This document shows, piece after piece, positions 23,943 through 37,600 of a stretch of 64,000 bases of DNA (positions within the stretch are counted from its first letter, which is position 1; every line of letters begins with the position of its first letter). A model generated the notes under the pieces. The model saw only the letters and a program-made list of their open reading frames with translations, was not told the origin of the DNA and made no database searches. Source of the DNA: Tubiluchus corallicola (lineage: Eukaryota > Animalia > Priapulida); contig JAQGDQ010000031.1 of assembly GCA_030141605.1 (NCBI GenBank), positions 434,001-498,000 of the forward strand, given 5' to 3'. A program made the position numbers and the translations under genes.

Positions 23943-26128
23943 TCATTTGTATCCTGCAATAAGTTGTTTTTTATAGCTTAGAATTAACTTTTTGTAGTTA
24001 CTTGACTTTAACTGGTCTGGTAATGAATTCCACAGCAAAGATCCTTGGTGTTTTAAAGAATTCTGGCCTTTAGATTAGTTAAATCTTTCAATAAAATAAG
24101 ATTTGGTTGTAGCAAACCTAGTAGAGTGGTGATGCATGTGACATGCTAAAGTATAATAATTGCTGAAGAGATCTGGAAGTGAATTATTTTTGAATTTATG
24201 TACAAACTTGAGCAATTCTAATTTATACAGATCATATACTTTTAGTAGATTTAGTTGCAAGTACAAAGGTGTTACATGTTCCCTTTTGCTAGTAAATGTT
24301 ATAAGTTTGATAATCTTGTTTTGTTTAGAAACCAATGATTTTAAGACCGATGCTGAAGCACTACCCCAGGCGAGAATGCCATAACTCAGATATGGCATGA
24401 CAAGAGAAGAATATAAGAGCCGTAGTGCATCTACATTTATGTAGTGTCGTATTCTAGCTAATACTCCACTTAATTTGCTAATTTTGTTGACTATATGCTG
24501 AACATGTGTTTTCCAAGTAATTCTACTATCTATAAATATACCAAGATATTTGATTTCTTGTGTAGATTGAATATTACAACCTCCCATATTTATGTTTAAA
24601 CTATTGTTATGTTGCTTGTTTCCAATTAACATATATTTTGTTTTTTTATAATTTATCGATAGCTTATTTGCTTGCATCCATTTATTAATATTGTCCAGTT
24701 CCACATTTACTGAATGTTCTAATGTTTTGATATTTTGGTGTGATAAAAATAAGTTTGTATCGTCTGCAAACAATCTGGTGTTAAATTGCGAACAAGATGG
24801 CAGATCGTTAATATATAAAAGAAATAACAATGGACCCAATGTAGAACCCTGTGGGACACCACAGGTTATATCAGCAAGTTTGGATTCCGATGAGTCAATA
24901 GACGTAAACTGTTTCCTATTAGTAAGGTAAGACGTGAAAAGCGCAAGAGGACGTCCCCTGATACCATAGTATGCTAACTTATATAACAAAATGTCATGTT
25001 GTACCGTGTCGAATGCTTTCGATAAATCTAAAAATATAGCACAAGTAGTTTTCCCCTTATCAATATTCGCAAGAAAGTTTTCAATTATTTCTGACACAGC
25101 TAAAGATGTAGAATGATTTTTTCTGAATCCAAATTGGAATTTAGTTAAAATTTGTTCTTAAAAGAAATTTAGCTAGCCTAGAGTAAATTAATTTTTCAAA
25201 AATCTTTGATATGGGAGGTAAGAGAGATATTGGCCTATAATTAGTGGGATTAATGGGAGAATCAGATTTGTAAATCGGGATTATTTTTGCAATTTTCAAC
25301 ACGTCAGGATAGATACCCTCTTCTACACATTTATTGAACAGCACAGTTAATAATGGAGTAATAATGGACTGTGAAATTTTAAAAAACTGATTCGAGATGT
25401 TTTCGGGTCCTACTGATTTATTGGTTTTTAATGCAGCAATAGCAGAGGAAACTTCATACTCGATAATTGGCGCAAAAAAGGAGTTCTGATTAGGCATTCT
25501 AAGGAAAGAATCAAATGTTATTGGAGTAGGTGGTACTTTTTTTACCATATCAGAACCAACCGATGCAAAATAATTATTCATGAATTCACAGATAGCAGGG
25601 GGTTCCGTAATCTCAGCATGATTTATTACTAGTTTGGTTGGAGTTATGCGCTGCTTGTTTTGTCCATTGATCAAATCATTCAATGTTGCCCAAGTCTTTC
25701 TAATATTAGTTTTATTATCATGTAGTAAAGTACAAAAATAATTTCTTTTGGCTAAATTTATGAGATGATTAAGTTTATTAGAAAATTGTTTATATTGATT
25801 AATTTTTAAGATACTAGTTGTAGTCTTACAGTCCTTGTATAATCTACTTTTAGTTTTTATTGACACAAGAATACCTTTAGTTAACCATGGCTTGGAGAAA
25901 GTTACTTTTTCAGTTCTTGACAATGTCTTAAGTGGGGCATGTTTATTAAGAACTTCTTGATATATTTGGAAAAAGGTACAGAAGGCAGAATTAGTTGGCA
26001 CCTCGGAAAAGTCAACAGCATCGATCTTATTTTGCAAATCCTCCAGAAATGAAATCATGTTAAAATTCCGTTTATCCCTGATTTTAATTTTCTTTTTAAC
26101 TATTAAGTTACCAATATTTTTAATAAGA
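23943..26128 (-). pseudogene. Disrupted LINE ORF2 (reverse transcriptase)
   Basis: Motifs KPWLTKGI, NYRPISLLP, QFGFRKNHST, FLDLSKAFDTV, GVPQGSTLGPLLFLLYINDL, LFADDT, KYLG. One frameshift near 25160 and a premature TAA at 24075-24077. The frame then continues (GSLLWNSLP) to TGA at 23943. No endonuclease domain. Confidence 0.88.
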
Positions 26129-26503
26129 AGAAATTCGTGCTTCATGCCACAGTTCGAATCTCTCTGATTGAGAAATTCAAATTATCATGATTTCACAATA
26201 TGAATCTTAACTTGAGTTATATCTTTGCAAGAACAGTAAAACATTTCTTGACTTGTTTTATGTACTTTTGTTCTACTTACATTTAAAAGTTTCTGCTAGT
26301 CATAACTAGATTTTTGATAAGCTTTTCATCGACAGCTCTGCTGAAGGCAAGTTTTATCACGAAATTCAGTTTGACATTTTTAATTTGTTTTCAAATACCA
26401 CAATGGTTGTGCACTTTATTGTAGATAATCTGTTTAATTTCGTGGGGGCATAAATGCGTAAGTAAAGTCCAAATAGAATGGCACTCTATTACTTTAGATT
26501 CCA

Positions 26504-27178
26504 GGTTCTGGTCGATTTTCGCCGAGCGATAACCTAGTCAATATGATTGCTTAGCGCAATATGACGATCTGCACTGCTCTCACGATTGTTCGCGGACCGT
26601 CATCGTTTCTATGCCCAGTACGTTTTGTGCTGAATTCTTTGAAAATACACATTACGCTGAAACAGTGCAAATGCTGAACATATTTGAAACGTTAATTCAT
26701 TTGACTGAATAAATAAATTATTAGCTTAAATGACGTTTTTCAGTTGTTTTTATATTATTATAAGTTACATAATATCAGATTTTTCTTTCGGAAATATTTA
26801 TTGGCCCTATTAAGATCTAGCCCTGAAGAGGGCTGGTTTGATGAAAATGCTAGTGTTTAATCGGCTGGATGCAACTGTGTCATATGAAGTAAAATACACT
26901 CCATTGCGTCTCGTTTATGGTGCTGCCGCCACATAAATTCATCGAGATGCAATGGGAGTGTGGTGGATGCACATCCATGCATTGCCGTCAATTTTGCCTT
27001 GCAATTTTTCCACATGCACTCGACGTTGTTTGTGTGGGTGCCAGTTCCTGATTTAACAAAGTTGTTTTTATGATTGACTGCCTTATGCATATAATTCTGC
27101 TCTAGTTGTTAAATTCCAGGGATGACATATGCTGCCCACTGGTCGCTTCAAATATGATTCTTGGTGCAATGTGTTGCT
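26504..27178 (-). mobile_element. Merlin relic, copy B (right TIR deleted)
   Basis: Duplicate of 13327 to about 14001. Transposase fragment ORF at 26857-27090. Confidence 0.75.
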
Positions 27179-27759
27179 TCAAATAAAAACATCTTCATTT
27201 GTTAACCATGAACTCAATGTGAAAACAGCTGAAAAGGCAAAACTCCGACGTTCCAGGATTTAAAAAGTTACCAAGCCAGTGATGTAGTCAGTTTGTGTAC
27301 AGTGTGTATCTGTGATTGCTCTAAACAGCTGTATAGCAGTGAAACTATAATTGAGGCGGCATGCTTAAATGCTATTGGCATTTTGAATGAACGTGGAATG
27401 GGGTTCATTATAAAGGCTTATTTGGCTGTTATGTATGGTTCAAGATTGGGATATGCAATTAAAACAAAGCAAATACTTTATTAGTTTTATTTTTCTGTGC
27501 ACGGTTTTTGGCTTTAACACTTTTTATGTACGTTGCTTTTATTATCAATACACAATTACTTATTTCTAATGGGTTTTCTTCAAATTAATGCGTAATTACG
27601 CAAATACTCGCCTTACTGGAGTACTGTTTATATTGAGGGATTCAGTGAGACTCAATGCAATACTTATAGAAGAAAAACAATAAGTGTCTTTAGCTTAAAC
27701 CTGTCACCACTCTTTTATAGGTTTGAGAAGTTTTGGTTTGAAGCTTTTTTTACTAAACA

Positions 27760-28515
27760 ATGGCTAAAGACAGGGAAGGCAAACATGCAAGAAAGACACA
27801 CAAGCGAAAACGAAAACACATATCAGATTCTGATAAAAACGGCAGAGAAAATGTTGTTGAACTAAAGAAAGCAAAACTGGAAAAACCTGAAACGCCAGAA
27901 CACGTATCAGTTTTACAAAGTATTGATGAGCACGGCGAAGAAAACGAAAACGACACTGTTCGTCATCAGCCAGCACATGAGAAAATTGATAGAGGTAGTT
28001 GGTCCATAGAAGACCATGCAATACTTTTGCAAAAAGTAGAGCAACTTTTACCCGAGGATGACCAAATGCCTTACCAACAGCGCTTAAAGCATATCACTTG
28101 GCAAAAGGTTGCTTTCGGTGCTCACACTGACAGCGATTGTAAACAAAAGATGAGTCAGCTAGTGTCTGTCCTCCAGAAACTGAAAACACTGAAGAGTTTG
28201 ATAAATGATATCCATACTCAAACATTTTCTACAGAACCAGTCATTACTAGAAAGAAGTCATCATCGAGTAGTAGTGATGCCAGTGAGTCTGATGATGATG
28301 ACGACACAAAAAAACCAATTCAATCACAAATGCATCAAGATGGTAGCAGAAATAAACACCGCCAATCATCGAGTAGCAGTGAATCCAGTGACGGTGATGT
28401 TCCAGCACCAGTATTAACAAAGCCAGTTGCTACTAATAGGACTACACCATCAAGTAGTAGCAAGGAAAGCAGCAGTGAATCTGATGATGATGATGATGCA
28501 AAAAAAATCTGTTGA
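27760..28515 (+). pseudogene. Truncated UBF paralog: dimerization domain fused in frame to the acidic tail, no HMG boxes (251-aa ORF; pseudogene or microprotein)
   Basis: Matches UBF-like aa 1-149 (plus a KR duplication), then jumps in frame to the tail (DI|HTQTFSTE). A +1 shift in an A8 run at 28500-28507 diverts it from the homologous C-terminus ending at 28678. Confidence 0.8.
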
Positions 28516-30026
28516 AAAGCATAAAATTTTGCATCAAGATAGCCAATCGTCAAGTAGCAGTGAATCCAGTGACGATGATGATGTTCCAGCACTAGTATTA
28601 ACAAAGCCAGTTACAGCTAAGGCAACTACACCATCCAGTAGTAGTGAAGAAAGCAGCCGTGAATCTGGTGATGAATAAAAATGTATCCAGTAACTGTACT
28701 ATGCAATGACTGCACAGTACGACGACTCTAATGCATTCCAACAAAAAATGACATTAAGTGAAACTTCATTAAATGAAGTCAAAACTTTTATAGAAAGTAA
28801 TGTAAAAAAATTGAGATGCGTCCCAGAGGCAAAATTCAATGTTTCTTAAAGTGTGTAAATTAAACATCTTATGAGTTTTATTCATATTTTTACTGATAAA
28901 TTTCTTTGTTTGCTTGAAACCAGCCATCTTTATTACTAATACCTAGCTAACGGTTTGTCTTTCTTTAATGTTGAAAACCGATGCAGTTAGCCGTTAAATA
29001 CTGCAAAATAAATACCAAGCCTTCAGGTGACTTTGGGACAGTTTCATGTATATGCTCAGTCTGGTTGTTATAACAGCAGATTTCAGGCAAAACTCGTGTG
29101 TCTGGAGGTCTGTAACTTACAAATGGATCTCGCTTGTTAAAATAGCTTTTAACTCATTCAGAAAACGAAAACATAATAAGAATTGTACTGTTCTACAGTA
29201 CTAGTGCATTTTAAAGCAGAATAACGTAATATGTACTGTTTTAGTGCTTCAAGTAAGTAAAAAGTTGTTCATAAAATAAAAAATGGCTTTGAGAAAAGTA
29301 AAGAAATTGTCATTAAAGTGAAACATGCATCACTAAGTGGGAAGGCATTGAATATTCATCATTGTTAAAACAAAACGTTGCTAAACGGGGAAAGCAGTAA
29401 CCGAACACTTACTGTAATTTCGTTTCGGTTTGATCGATCATTGCGTACACGTAGCCAGCTATGTGTAGGAGAGACAGACGCTTTCATGTTTTTAAAATAC
29501 ATCCATAGTGTTCTCATTATGCAATCAGTATAGTGTCTTTGTCCTTTGTACAGATGGAATCTATAAACATGTTGTATTGCAATTCACAATAAAGTATTCT
29601 ATCTGTAACTGTAAATTTATAATCCAGTTATATACGCAGATTAAACATTGTAATATTAATGTACTTACTATTTGCATGGTTATCAGCCTTAGTTTTTGCT
29701 TGCTAATCATTAGCAAACTATATTTATTCGGTTTTAGAATTTATCTTTAATTACTCATTATTTATACAATGTTGTAATGTGTAACTAGTACTTTAAAATA
29801 TCTCGAGAATTTTTTGTTGTAATCATGAAGACTGTCGACTTGTACAGCAACGTTTGTTGACAAATAGTGAGTTTATTAGATTTATTTTATGCATATCAGA
29901 AAATACCAGGGTATGTAGGTTGTAGAAACAGTTAGATTTTTGCTTTTTGTAATAGGTCTGTTCTCTGTAACCACTGTCGTAGATAAAATGTTAATTGCGC
30001 ACAGAGAGATGTACACAGTGTATATA

Positions 30027-30492
30027 CAGTTAACCTCAGATATAAGGAACACGTGTCGGGACCAGAAAAAACCGTCCCTTATATCCAATTTCCTCATAGC
30101 CGAAGTTGAGTCAGACCGAAGGTGTATCTAGACCTGTAAATTTCTGCACTTTTACCCATATTTTTAAGGATTATTGCTACTCATTCAGTGCAAACGGTAT
30201 GTACGAAGTTCGTTCAGTGATGCGAGACGTATGTGACCGCGGAAACCAACTTGTTCGAAGGCGAAGTTTGGGAAAAATTGTTGATCAATTTCGCTTTGAT
30301 CATAGGGTTCCTTATATGCGAGGTAATCTACCTGGGTTTCTATTACGCGGGACCTGAAGATATCATCCCGGAAGTGTCTTATATCTGAGAACCTTATATA
30401 TGAAAATTTTTACATAGGAAAAACGCTACGAAAAATCGGGACCGTTGTTGGTGGTCCTTTATAAGCGAGTACCTTATACCCGAGGTTGACTG
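30027..30492. mobile_element. Tc1/mariner-pogo-type MITE (duplicate of 19040-19505)
   Basis: Same TIRs and TA flanks. Confidence 0.8.
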
Positions 30493-31617
30493 TAACAATG
30501 ATCATGTAACTAACCTGGACTAAACGTTAATTGTGCATGTTGTGAAGTCTACATGAGTGCATGTATTGTAAAAGTAACTAATTGTGTTCTCGAAGAGACA
30601 AGAGACATGTACATGGACACCGGATAAAATGTCATTTTGATGCCAAAGTACATTGATATTATGGTATATACATACCGTGTAGTAGTAAAACATACCACAT
30701 GTCAGTTTTTACTACTACAGTCGACTGCTCAAAATGGACGTTTTCTCATAATTCAATCTCATGGTGGTTTATATTCCGGTGTATTACACATAATTTTGAA
30801 AATTATTGTAAAAAAATTATAGTAAAGATTATTGTAAAAGTCGACATATAATATGAAATAAAAGGATATCATAATAGATGAACGCTAATGAAACTTAGTA
30901 AACAACTGTTGATGCATACACAAAATTTATTATTCGGGTACGGAAGCACAGACTGACATTAAATGTCAATGATTGTAAAACTGCTGAACACAGTTAACAC
31001 ATGACTACAAATAATAGCAATACTTGGTGAAATTCAGTAATTATCATGAAAGATGGGAAAACATTATTAACACAAAACTGTACAGATTTCAATGTTCAGC
31101 AACATAATCTCGAACTACTCTGGGTTTGGTTAAAAATGAAACATGTAACTCGCTCGAAATTTCAACCATACTCGGTCATACTATATATAGACATGATAAT
31201 AAAAATAATTAAATGAAATGATCACCTAAAAAGCTGGACGTAAGGGAAATAGCAACTGAAGTTAAGCAAAGACGAACCTGGTCATTAAACGAATTGGTGA
31301 TGGGGAAACTGCTTTTGAGATATAACATACAGTGTCTAGATGCCTCTGTTAGCAATGTTACATTTTAAGGAATTATCCCGATTCTGGCGCAGGCACAACC
31401 ATGTACAATAAAGCATTTTCTTGTCTTTGCCACATTCATCTACAAGCCTATATGACAGAGCTAGATCTACACATGAATTCAAAGCTTCAAGCCCAATAGT
31501 TGGTTCCGAAACACGCGTTCCACCTCACTACAAAGAAATTCACTCGCATCCCAAAAATGAGAATACAATTACGAGAACTAAATCTTCATTCCTAGTAGAC
31601 GAACCCTGAGTTAATGA

Positions 31618-34600
31618 CTACTTTTTCTTGTCCCAGAAACCACCGACTGCAATGGCAACGTTTTCTCCAAACTCTGATGGCATGTATTCCACTTGCCACA
31701 TGATGTCTGTGTATGCAACTGTAAAAAATGTGATACTTTTCGTGCTGTACAATAGACATGCTGGTGAATTAAATACTGCCAAAATTAGTAGTCTGTAAAT
31801 AGTTTATTTGCTGAAGTATAAAAGAGTTACAATAATGTGAATCTGAATAGACATACTAATCAAAACAGATAACATATTCCAAATTTTAGTGTCAAAGTTA
31901 ATGAATTAAGACTATCTTGACAGGACACATCTACCCAGTAGGGTTGAGTATCAAGCGTTCGAGTTCAAAACAAATTCAAAGGTTGAACCGAATTCAACCT
32001 AAAATTATGGTTCAGCAGAGTTGTGCATAATATTTTGTGTTTTTAGTGCCAGATAAAATCAAGTAATATGCACATCTTTGTGACACTGCTTTTTATTATT
32101 AATTTGAAAATCTTTAGAAAGAATTTGAATTCAATTCGAATTCGTTTTCTGATAGAGAATGCTCACCCCTACTACCTAACAGGTCTATAAAATCTGTATG
32201 ATTTTTATGTTGTTATCAACTCAAAAGGCAATTTTGAAATGTTGGCAAAACTTCCAGCAGGAGATTTCATAGATAACAATTGCGTAAAATTTTTAACTCA
32301 TCAAAAATCATCAACTCTACTACTTACAAATGTCACCAGGTATTAGCGTATCGTGAAGAACACTGCAGCTCTCATTACACGGTGGTTTTGCAGTTAGTTT
32401 GATAAGTGTGTTGCCCTTCAGCTGAGCAAACCAAATCAGATCAGAAGCAATAGGAATCTGAAAATAATAACAATTTAATAATTCAACTCAAAAACAAAAA
32501 GTACTTCTTTAGAAACAGATAAACCAGACTTAACAAACCTAATGGTTTATATAAAATCAGTAATTAACCTAGCACTTATTAATTGAGGGAGGAAGTGCTG
32601 GAAAATTGTAAGTCCAACCAAGATTCAGACCCAGAACATTACAAACCCTGTAAGTAAAAGGTTAACGGTTTAAATCCTAAATACCTCACAATTGTTCATT
32701 GTCTCTTCTCATCAAATTCATAACCATTAGGTTAATTAATGATTTAGTATAAAACGTTGGGTTTATTAATTAAGTCTAATTACAATCTATAATTTAAATA
32801 TTAAAATCAATTTTCGGATTACTTGTTTGAGATGTAACTTTATAAACAGATCCATTTTGCCATTAAACCGCTCTCGTTTTCACTGCTCATATAATAAACT
32901 TATAGTCAGCTTTTATAAATCACACAATAATGGTGACTTTGTATTCTAAATCTTCACAATAAAACGGAACTATGGCAACGCCAAGTGTTGTTCTAAAAGA
33001 CATAAACAGGTAGTTAGGGAGAGAAAAATCAATAAGCGGGTAACCTAATGCTTTCCGTTCAAAACCTCTTTAAGAAATTATAACAGGCACAAAAGGCAAA
33101 GCGCATTTTTCAAACAGTATCTAAGCCAATAACTAATCATATTCTTAGTATTTTACAGCATTATAAATTTGAGCATTGAAAAAATATGGCCGTGCCAAGA
33201 CCAGATCCCAATTCATCATGAAGTGAATGCTCAAGGATGAACCACTCTACTGGCCAATACAGCTCAGCGTGTTTGAAAGTTTGAACATCCTTCCTGTATG
33301 AGGAAAACATCCATAATCGGCATGGCGCATGAAAAATCTGAAGAATCAAGAATCGAATCGAGACCTATCCTCTCACTGATCAGTCTTGACGCCATGCTTA
33401 ACTTGTCTCGTCAAGTTGACGCAAAATTGCTCAGCCATGCACCTGAATATAAATTTAAACCACAGAGAGATATACCTCTTTATATTTTTTCGACCTGTAG
33501 CTATTTGAAATGAACAACCAGTTTGATTCTGCGAGCTCTACCATTGGCGGAAGGAAGTACGGACGTCTGAAGTACTGCCGAAATACACGAGCAACACGCC
33601 GTTCACAGTTCTCCCTGAAAGAACAAAAACGCAGGAAAACTACGTAAAAGATAAGCAACAATTCATATATAACTAACATGAAATTTTATATTCTAAGCTG
33701 GCAAAACACATGATTACCAATTTACAAAAAATATAATTATATAGGACCTGCCAAAATAAACTAAGATAAAATTTAAGTTGCTACCATAAATGAACTCATG
33801 GCCTTCACCAAGTAACAAACGAAACAATTTAGAAGGTACTGCGGGGAATGGAAGATAACTGCAAGTCGATTTACATGTTAACTGTGACAAGTAACAGACA
33901 TACGTTAGCACATATTAAACTGTTTAAAGTATTTGTATTAGCCTTCAAAAAAATTAATTCGCTTATATCAACTGTAAGATATGAAAAACCAGCATAAAGA
34001 ACTTTTAAAAATGTAGGAAAACGTACTAGTTTTCACTAATTATTTGTTTATCTATTTAATGTACAAAAATTGTTCAAATAATTGAACTAAAATGCACATT
34101 TTACAGCAGTTCGATTTAACTTAGTTTTTAGCAGACCCAATATAATTTAGCAATTTTAAGGAGCTCATTAGTCAAACTTATATAACTTGTATAACATCAC
34201 AAAGATGAATATGGGGCCAGATGTGAAATGTGAATTTCACAAAATGCCAAATTAGGATCAGACTACAAAAACTTTGCTACAGTGCACAAAAACGAACTGG
34301 TACAAATTTTTGGCACACATAGTACTCAATAAATAAACAAGTCAAAAAATGAAAGCTACCAGATGCTTCACAGCACATCCTTTGGAAAGAAAAAGTGACT
34401 CGAACCATTTCAACATTAAATAAAAAATTATCTGACACCTTTTATGACACTCAGGACTGCATGATAGATAAACGGACAGCTGAATAAGCTGTTTATATAT
34501 GTGTGTGTGAGAGAGGGCTTGTGTGTATCTGCGTTTGTGCATGCATGCAAGTGTGTACGTTTCAGCAAATAACATGGGAGAATTTTTACCAGTATGCAAA

Positions 34601-37600
34601 CCACTTCTTTACTTCTCCATTAACGATCTTTTGAAGAAAGACCCTGTTGTTGCCATACTTGACTCGAACGTTGCTGGTGAAAGCACATGGATATGATTCA
34701 TTCATTTTTTCATGCTCATTGTAAAGCTAAAACAAATAAAGATCTTAGAATAAATCTAAAATCTGGACAGAATATTGACAATACACTTTTGTTCAGTTGA
34801 ACTAATTTAATTTGAATTGAGATAAAGTCATTAACGTAAGTCTAATTGAATAATATTGTAAAATAAAATAAAAGTATTCTATTAGCAACTTGCAAAAAAA
34901 TGAAAGCATTGAACATGATAAAATACAATTTAATACAGCAAGCAAATAATTTAATACACAAATAAGCAGAAACAAGGCAGAACCATTAAAAACATGATAA
35001 ACTTGTATCTGAGACATCAAACAGACCAGAACAAACACATCCAACAAAATAACAGAAGTTTTCTTACACTTCACTAGTACACTGAACATTGGGAATTTGT
35101 TCTTACTTGTGATACAGTCAAACAGTTATGCTCACATACCACTTTCACTACCCTGCATATGTGTGATGAGTTTCCACAAGGCAGCAGAGGCAAAGCAGTG
35201 AATCTCTCACTCTCCCTCCTTTTCTCATTATCGCTATGTTTTCCCTCACTCTCTTCTTAGGTATAAAGGTTGCTTGCACCAAGCACAAGGACGACCGAGT
35301 CATTATGTGGAGATTATGAGTGCCAAAATCGCAGACAGCAAGGCATTTAGTGCAAAAGTTAAAGCTATTAAGGCCCCGAGCGTAGAGATTCATCATATTT
35401 CAACATAATTTTAACATGTATATGATTTTGTCAGATTAAAACATTATATTTAACACTGCCAAATATAGTAAGACAGAAGCATAGCCCCAATTACCATAAT
35501 TCATATTTTAACAGCAGAGTTTTTGTATTATTACCTTGTTAAGAAATTTCCAATCAAATAAACTCACGGCAGACCAACTGTCATCAACGCCATCTGTGAC
35601 AATTACGGGAACATCTGCTTTGACATATTCTTCCGCTATGACGTCATATGAAACATTTGATAACTTATCAATTTCAGTCAGGTCTTCACGCGTCTGAAAA
35701 ATAATTTTTCAAAAAATATAAGATCAAACATCAAAATATAGGTCCATCAAAGTAATTAAGATCCAATATTCATGATCCTTCAGCACATCTTTATTACCGT
35801 AATTATTATCTTTATGTATTATTTTTATGCCAACAAGTATCATCTTTATTTTTATAGTAATATCTTTATGCCAACACGCCCTGCAACAACCTGTCTCTAT
35901 CAAAAACAGTTTTCATCTAAACCTGTATTTGCAGATCATCGTGGTAGATCCACTTACCACGTGTCTCTCGTCATGACACTCGAGGTTGTTGATGTCATGT
36001 GTTTAGACTAATGGACTTTTCTAATGGTCAAGCACAGTTCTGCAACAAATGCAGTGGTCACGTGCAAAAAATTCGTGCTTCTGATTGGTTAAATCTCATG
36101 GAAGAAAAAGCCTTTCGGGTAACGTCACTCAAGAATTATGCAATTTGAATTTCATCGGTATCACACCAAACTGTCATTCACAGATGTCTAGACTACTGGG
36201 AAAGCTCACTCACTTTCAAGACAAATTGTCGGAGAAGCTGGACAGTCTAAATAGAGCATAAGTAACCAAATCATTGTAAGGATTTGACAGGATTGTTTTT
36301 CATAAGTATCCTGTAAAACTTACACTTGGAAAACGAATTTTAAAGGAATGTTGTTATAATGTTATCAGCTTTATAAGTGATGACATATGACATACAAGTC
36401 TACTTACTTTGTAAATACACGTATCACAGAAATGCATAATGCCACGCAGCTACAAAATCAATTTAAATTACATGCTTACAATGCAGTCATCCACGTAAAG
36501 CTTGTTTGGGTCATAGTATGGATTGTTGACCAAGCAATCGTGATAATAGAGATCTGTCCAATCCCAAACAGGCAGAAGCTGAAACAACATTAATATAAGT
36601 GTTATAATTTAAAAGTACTAAAATAACACTTTTTATTCACATGTTCTTGTCTCTAAAATGGTTTCTTTCTTTGTAAACAAAAATTTATTCTAAAAATTGC
36701 CTGTGACCTGCTGCACACGCTGTGCACTTTTGATACGGTACAGAAAGGAGTATCAGTGTAGTAAACGGACCAATCAAAGCACATTTCTCACTAATCACTG
36801 CAATTTTCGCACAACACAGATATGCATATATGACTAAATATAGTAGACAGAATGCAGGTAAAAAAGGCACAGGAAAAAGTCACAGCAAAAAAACACAGGA
36901 AATAATCTTTACCCAAATCTTAAATGACCTTTTCCTGTGATTTTTTTCCTCACTTTATTACCAGTAACCAACTGAGACGTGTACTGATTAGTTTGAAGTG
37001 AGCATGCGGAGAGACGATTTAGCCTAAATTATAGGCATGAAATAAAGATAAACAAGGCAGAAAAATCTGCCTTTCATTTATTACATTCGTAGATCATTGG
37101 AGTGTTTCATCCATTTATTGCTTTATTCATATGAAAGCAAATTGTTCAGGGAGGGAGTACAAGAGATGAAACCGCCTAGAAGCAGAGTTCTCAGTGGTCG
37201 CCCATCCACTTACTAAGCAACATTGTTTAACACATGCCGTCACCACTCAGCCATTCACGTTACAGTATATTCCACAGTGTGGTTAACCTCCATTCTGTAG
37301 ACAGAAACGGAAGTGCTCACGCGATATTCAATGAGACAAGAAACGCTAGCTTTCAATCAGAGCATTTTCTATTTTGAAAAACGGTACTTTAATGTGAGCA
37401 GTGAATCGGCAAAGGTTCAATAAAATTTCCATTATCTGGACTCTGTTTGACTGTGATTGCCTTATCACCGTGAAACCACGTTGAGATTAGCAGAATATTA
37501 AATGCCGATGAAGCCAATTTTTGTGATCAGTAGCTGTACCCAAACTCAGTAAAACGGCGCAACTCAGGCTTCAGCACACACCAATTTTCAGTTCTTGGAA

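Larger units (their letters stand above)
22288..26128 (-). mobile_element. 5'-truncated non-LTR retrotransposon (L2/Crack/CR1 group)
   Basis: Absent from copy A at the homologous site. Carries an RT ORF2 remnant and a 3' end AATAAA followed by (ATTGA)n on the minus strand. No TSD, with a few target bases lost. Confidence 0.88.
20722..31702 (+). repeat. Tandem segmental duplication, copy B (LINE insertion plus two deletions)
   Basis: Collinear with copy A except for the insertion at 22288-26128, loss of A about 14002-14356, loss of A 15383-17407, and an extra 181-bp tail repeat. Confidence 0.95.

Noticed and set aside
37480-37580. RILNADEANF, resembling a pogo DDE first-aspartate motif
   Set aside because: Too short and stop-interrupted, with no TIRs found.
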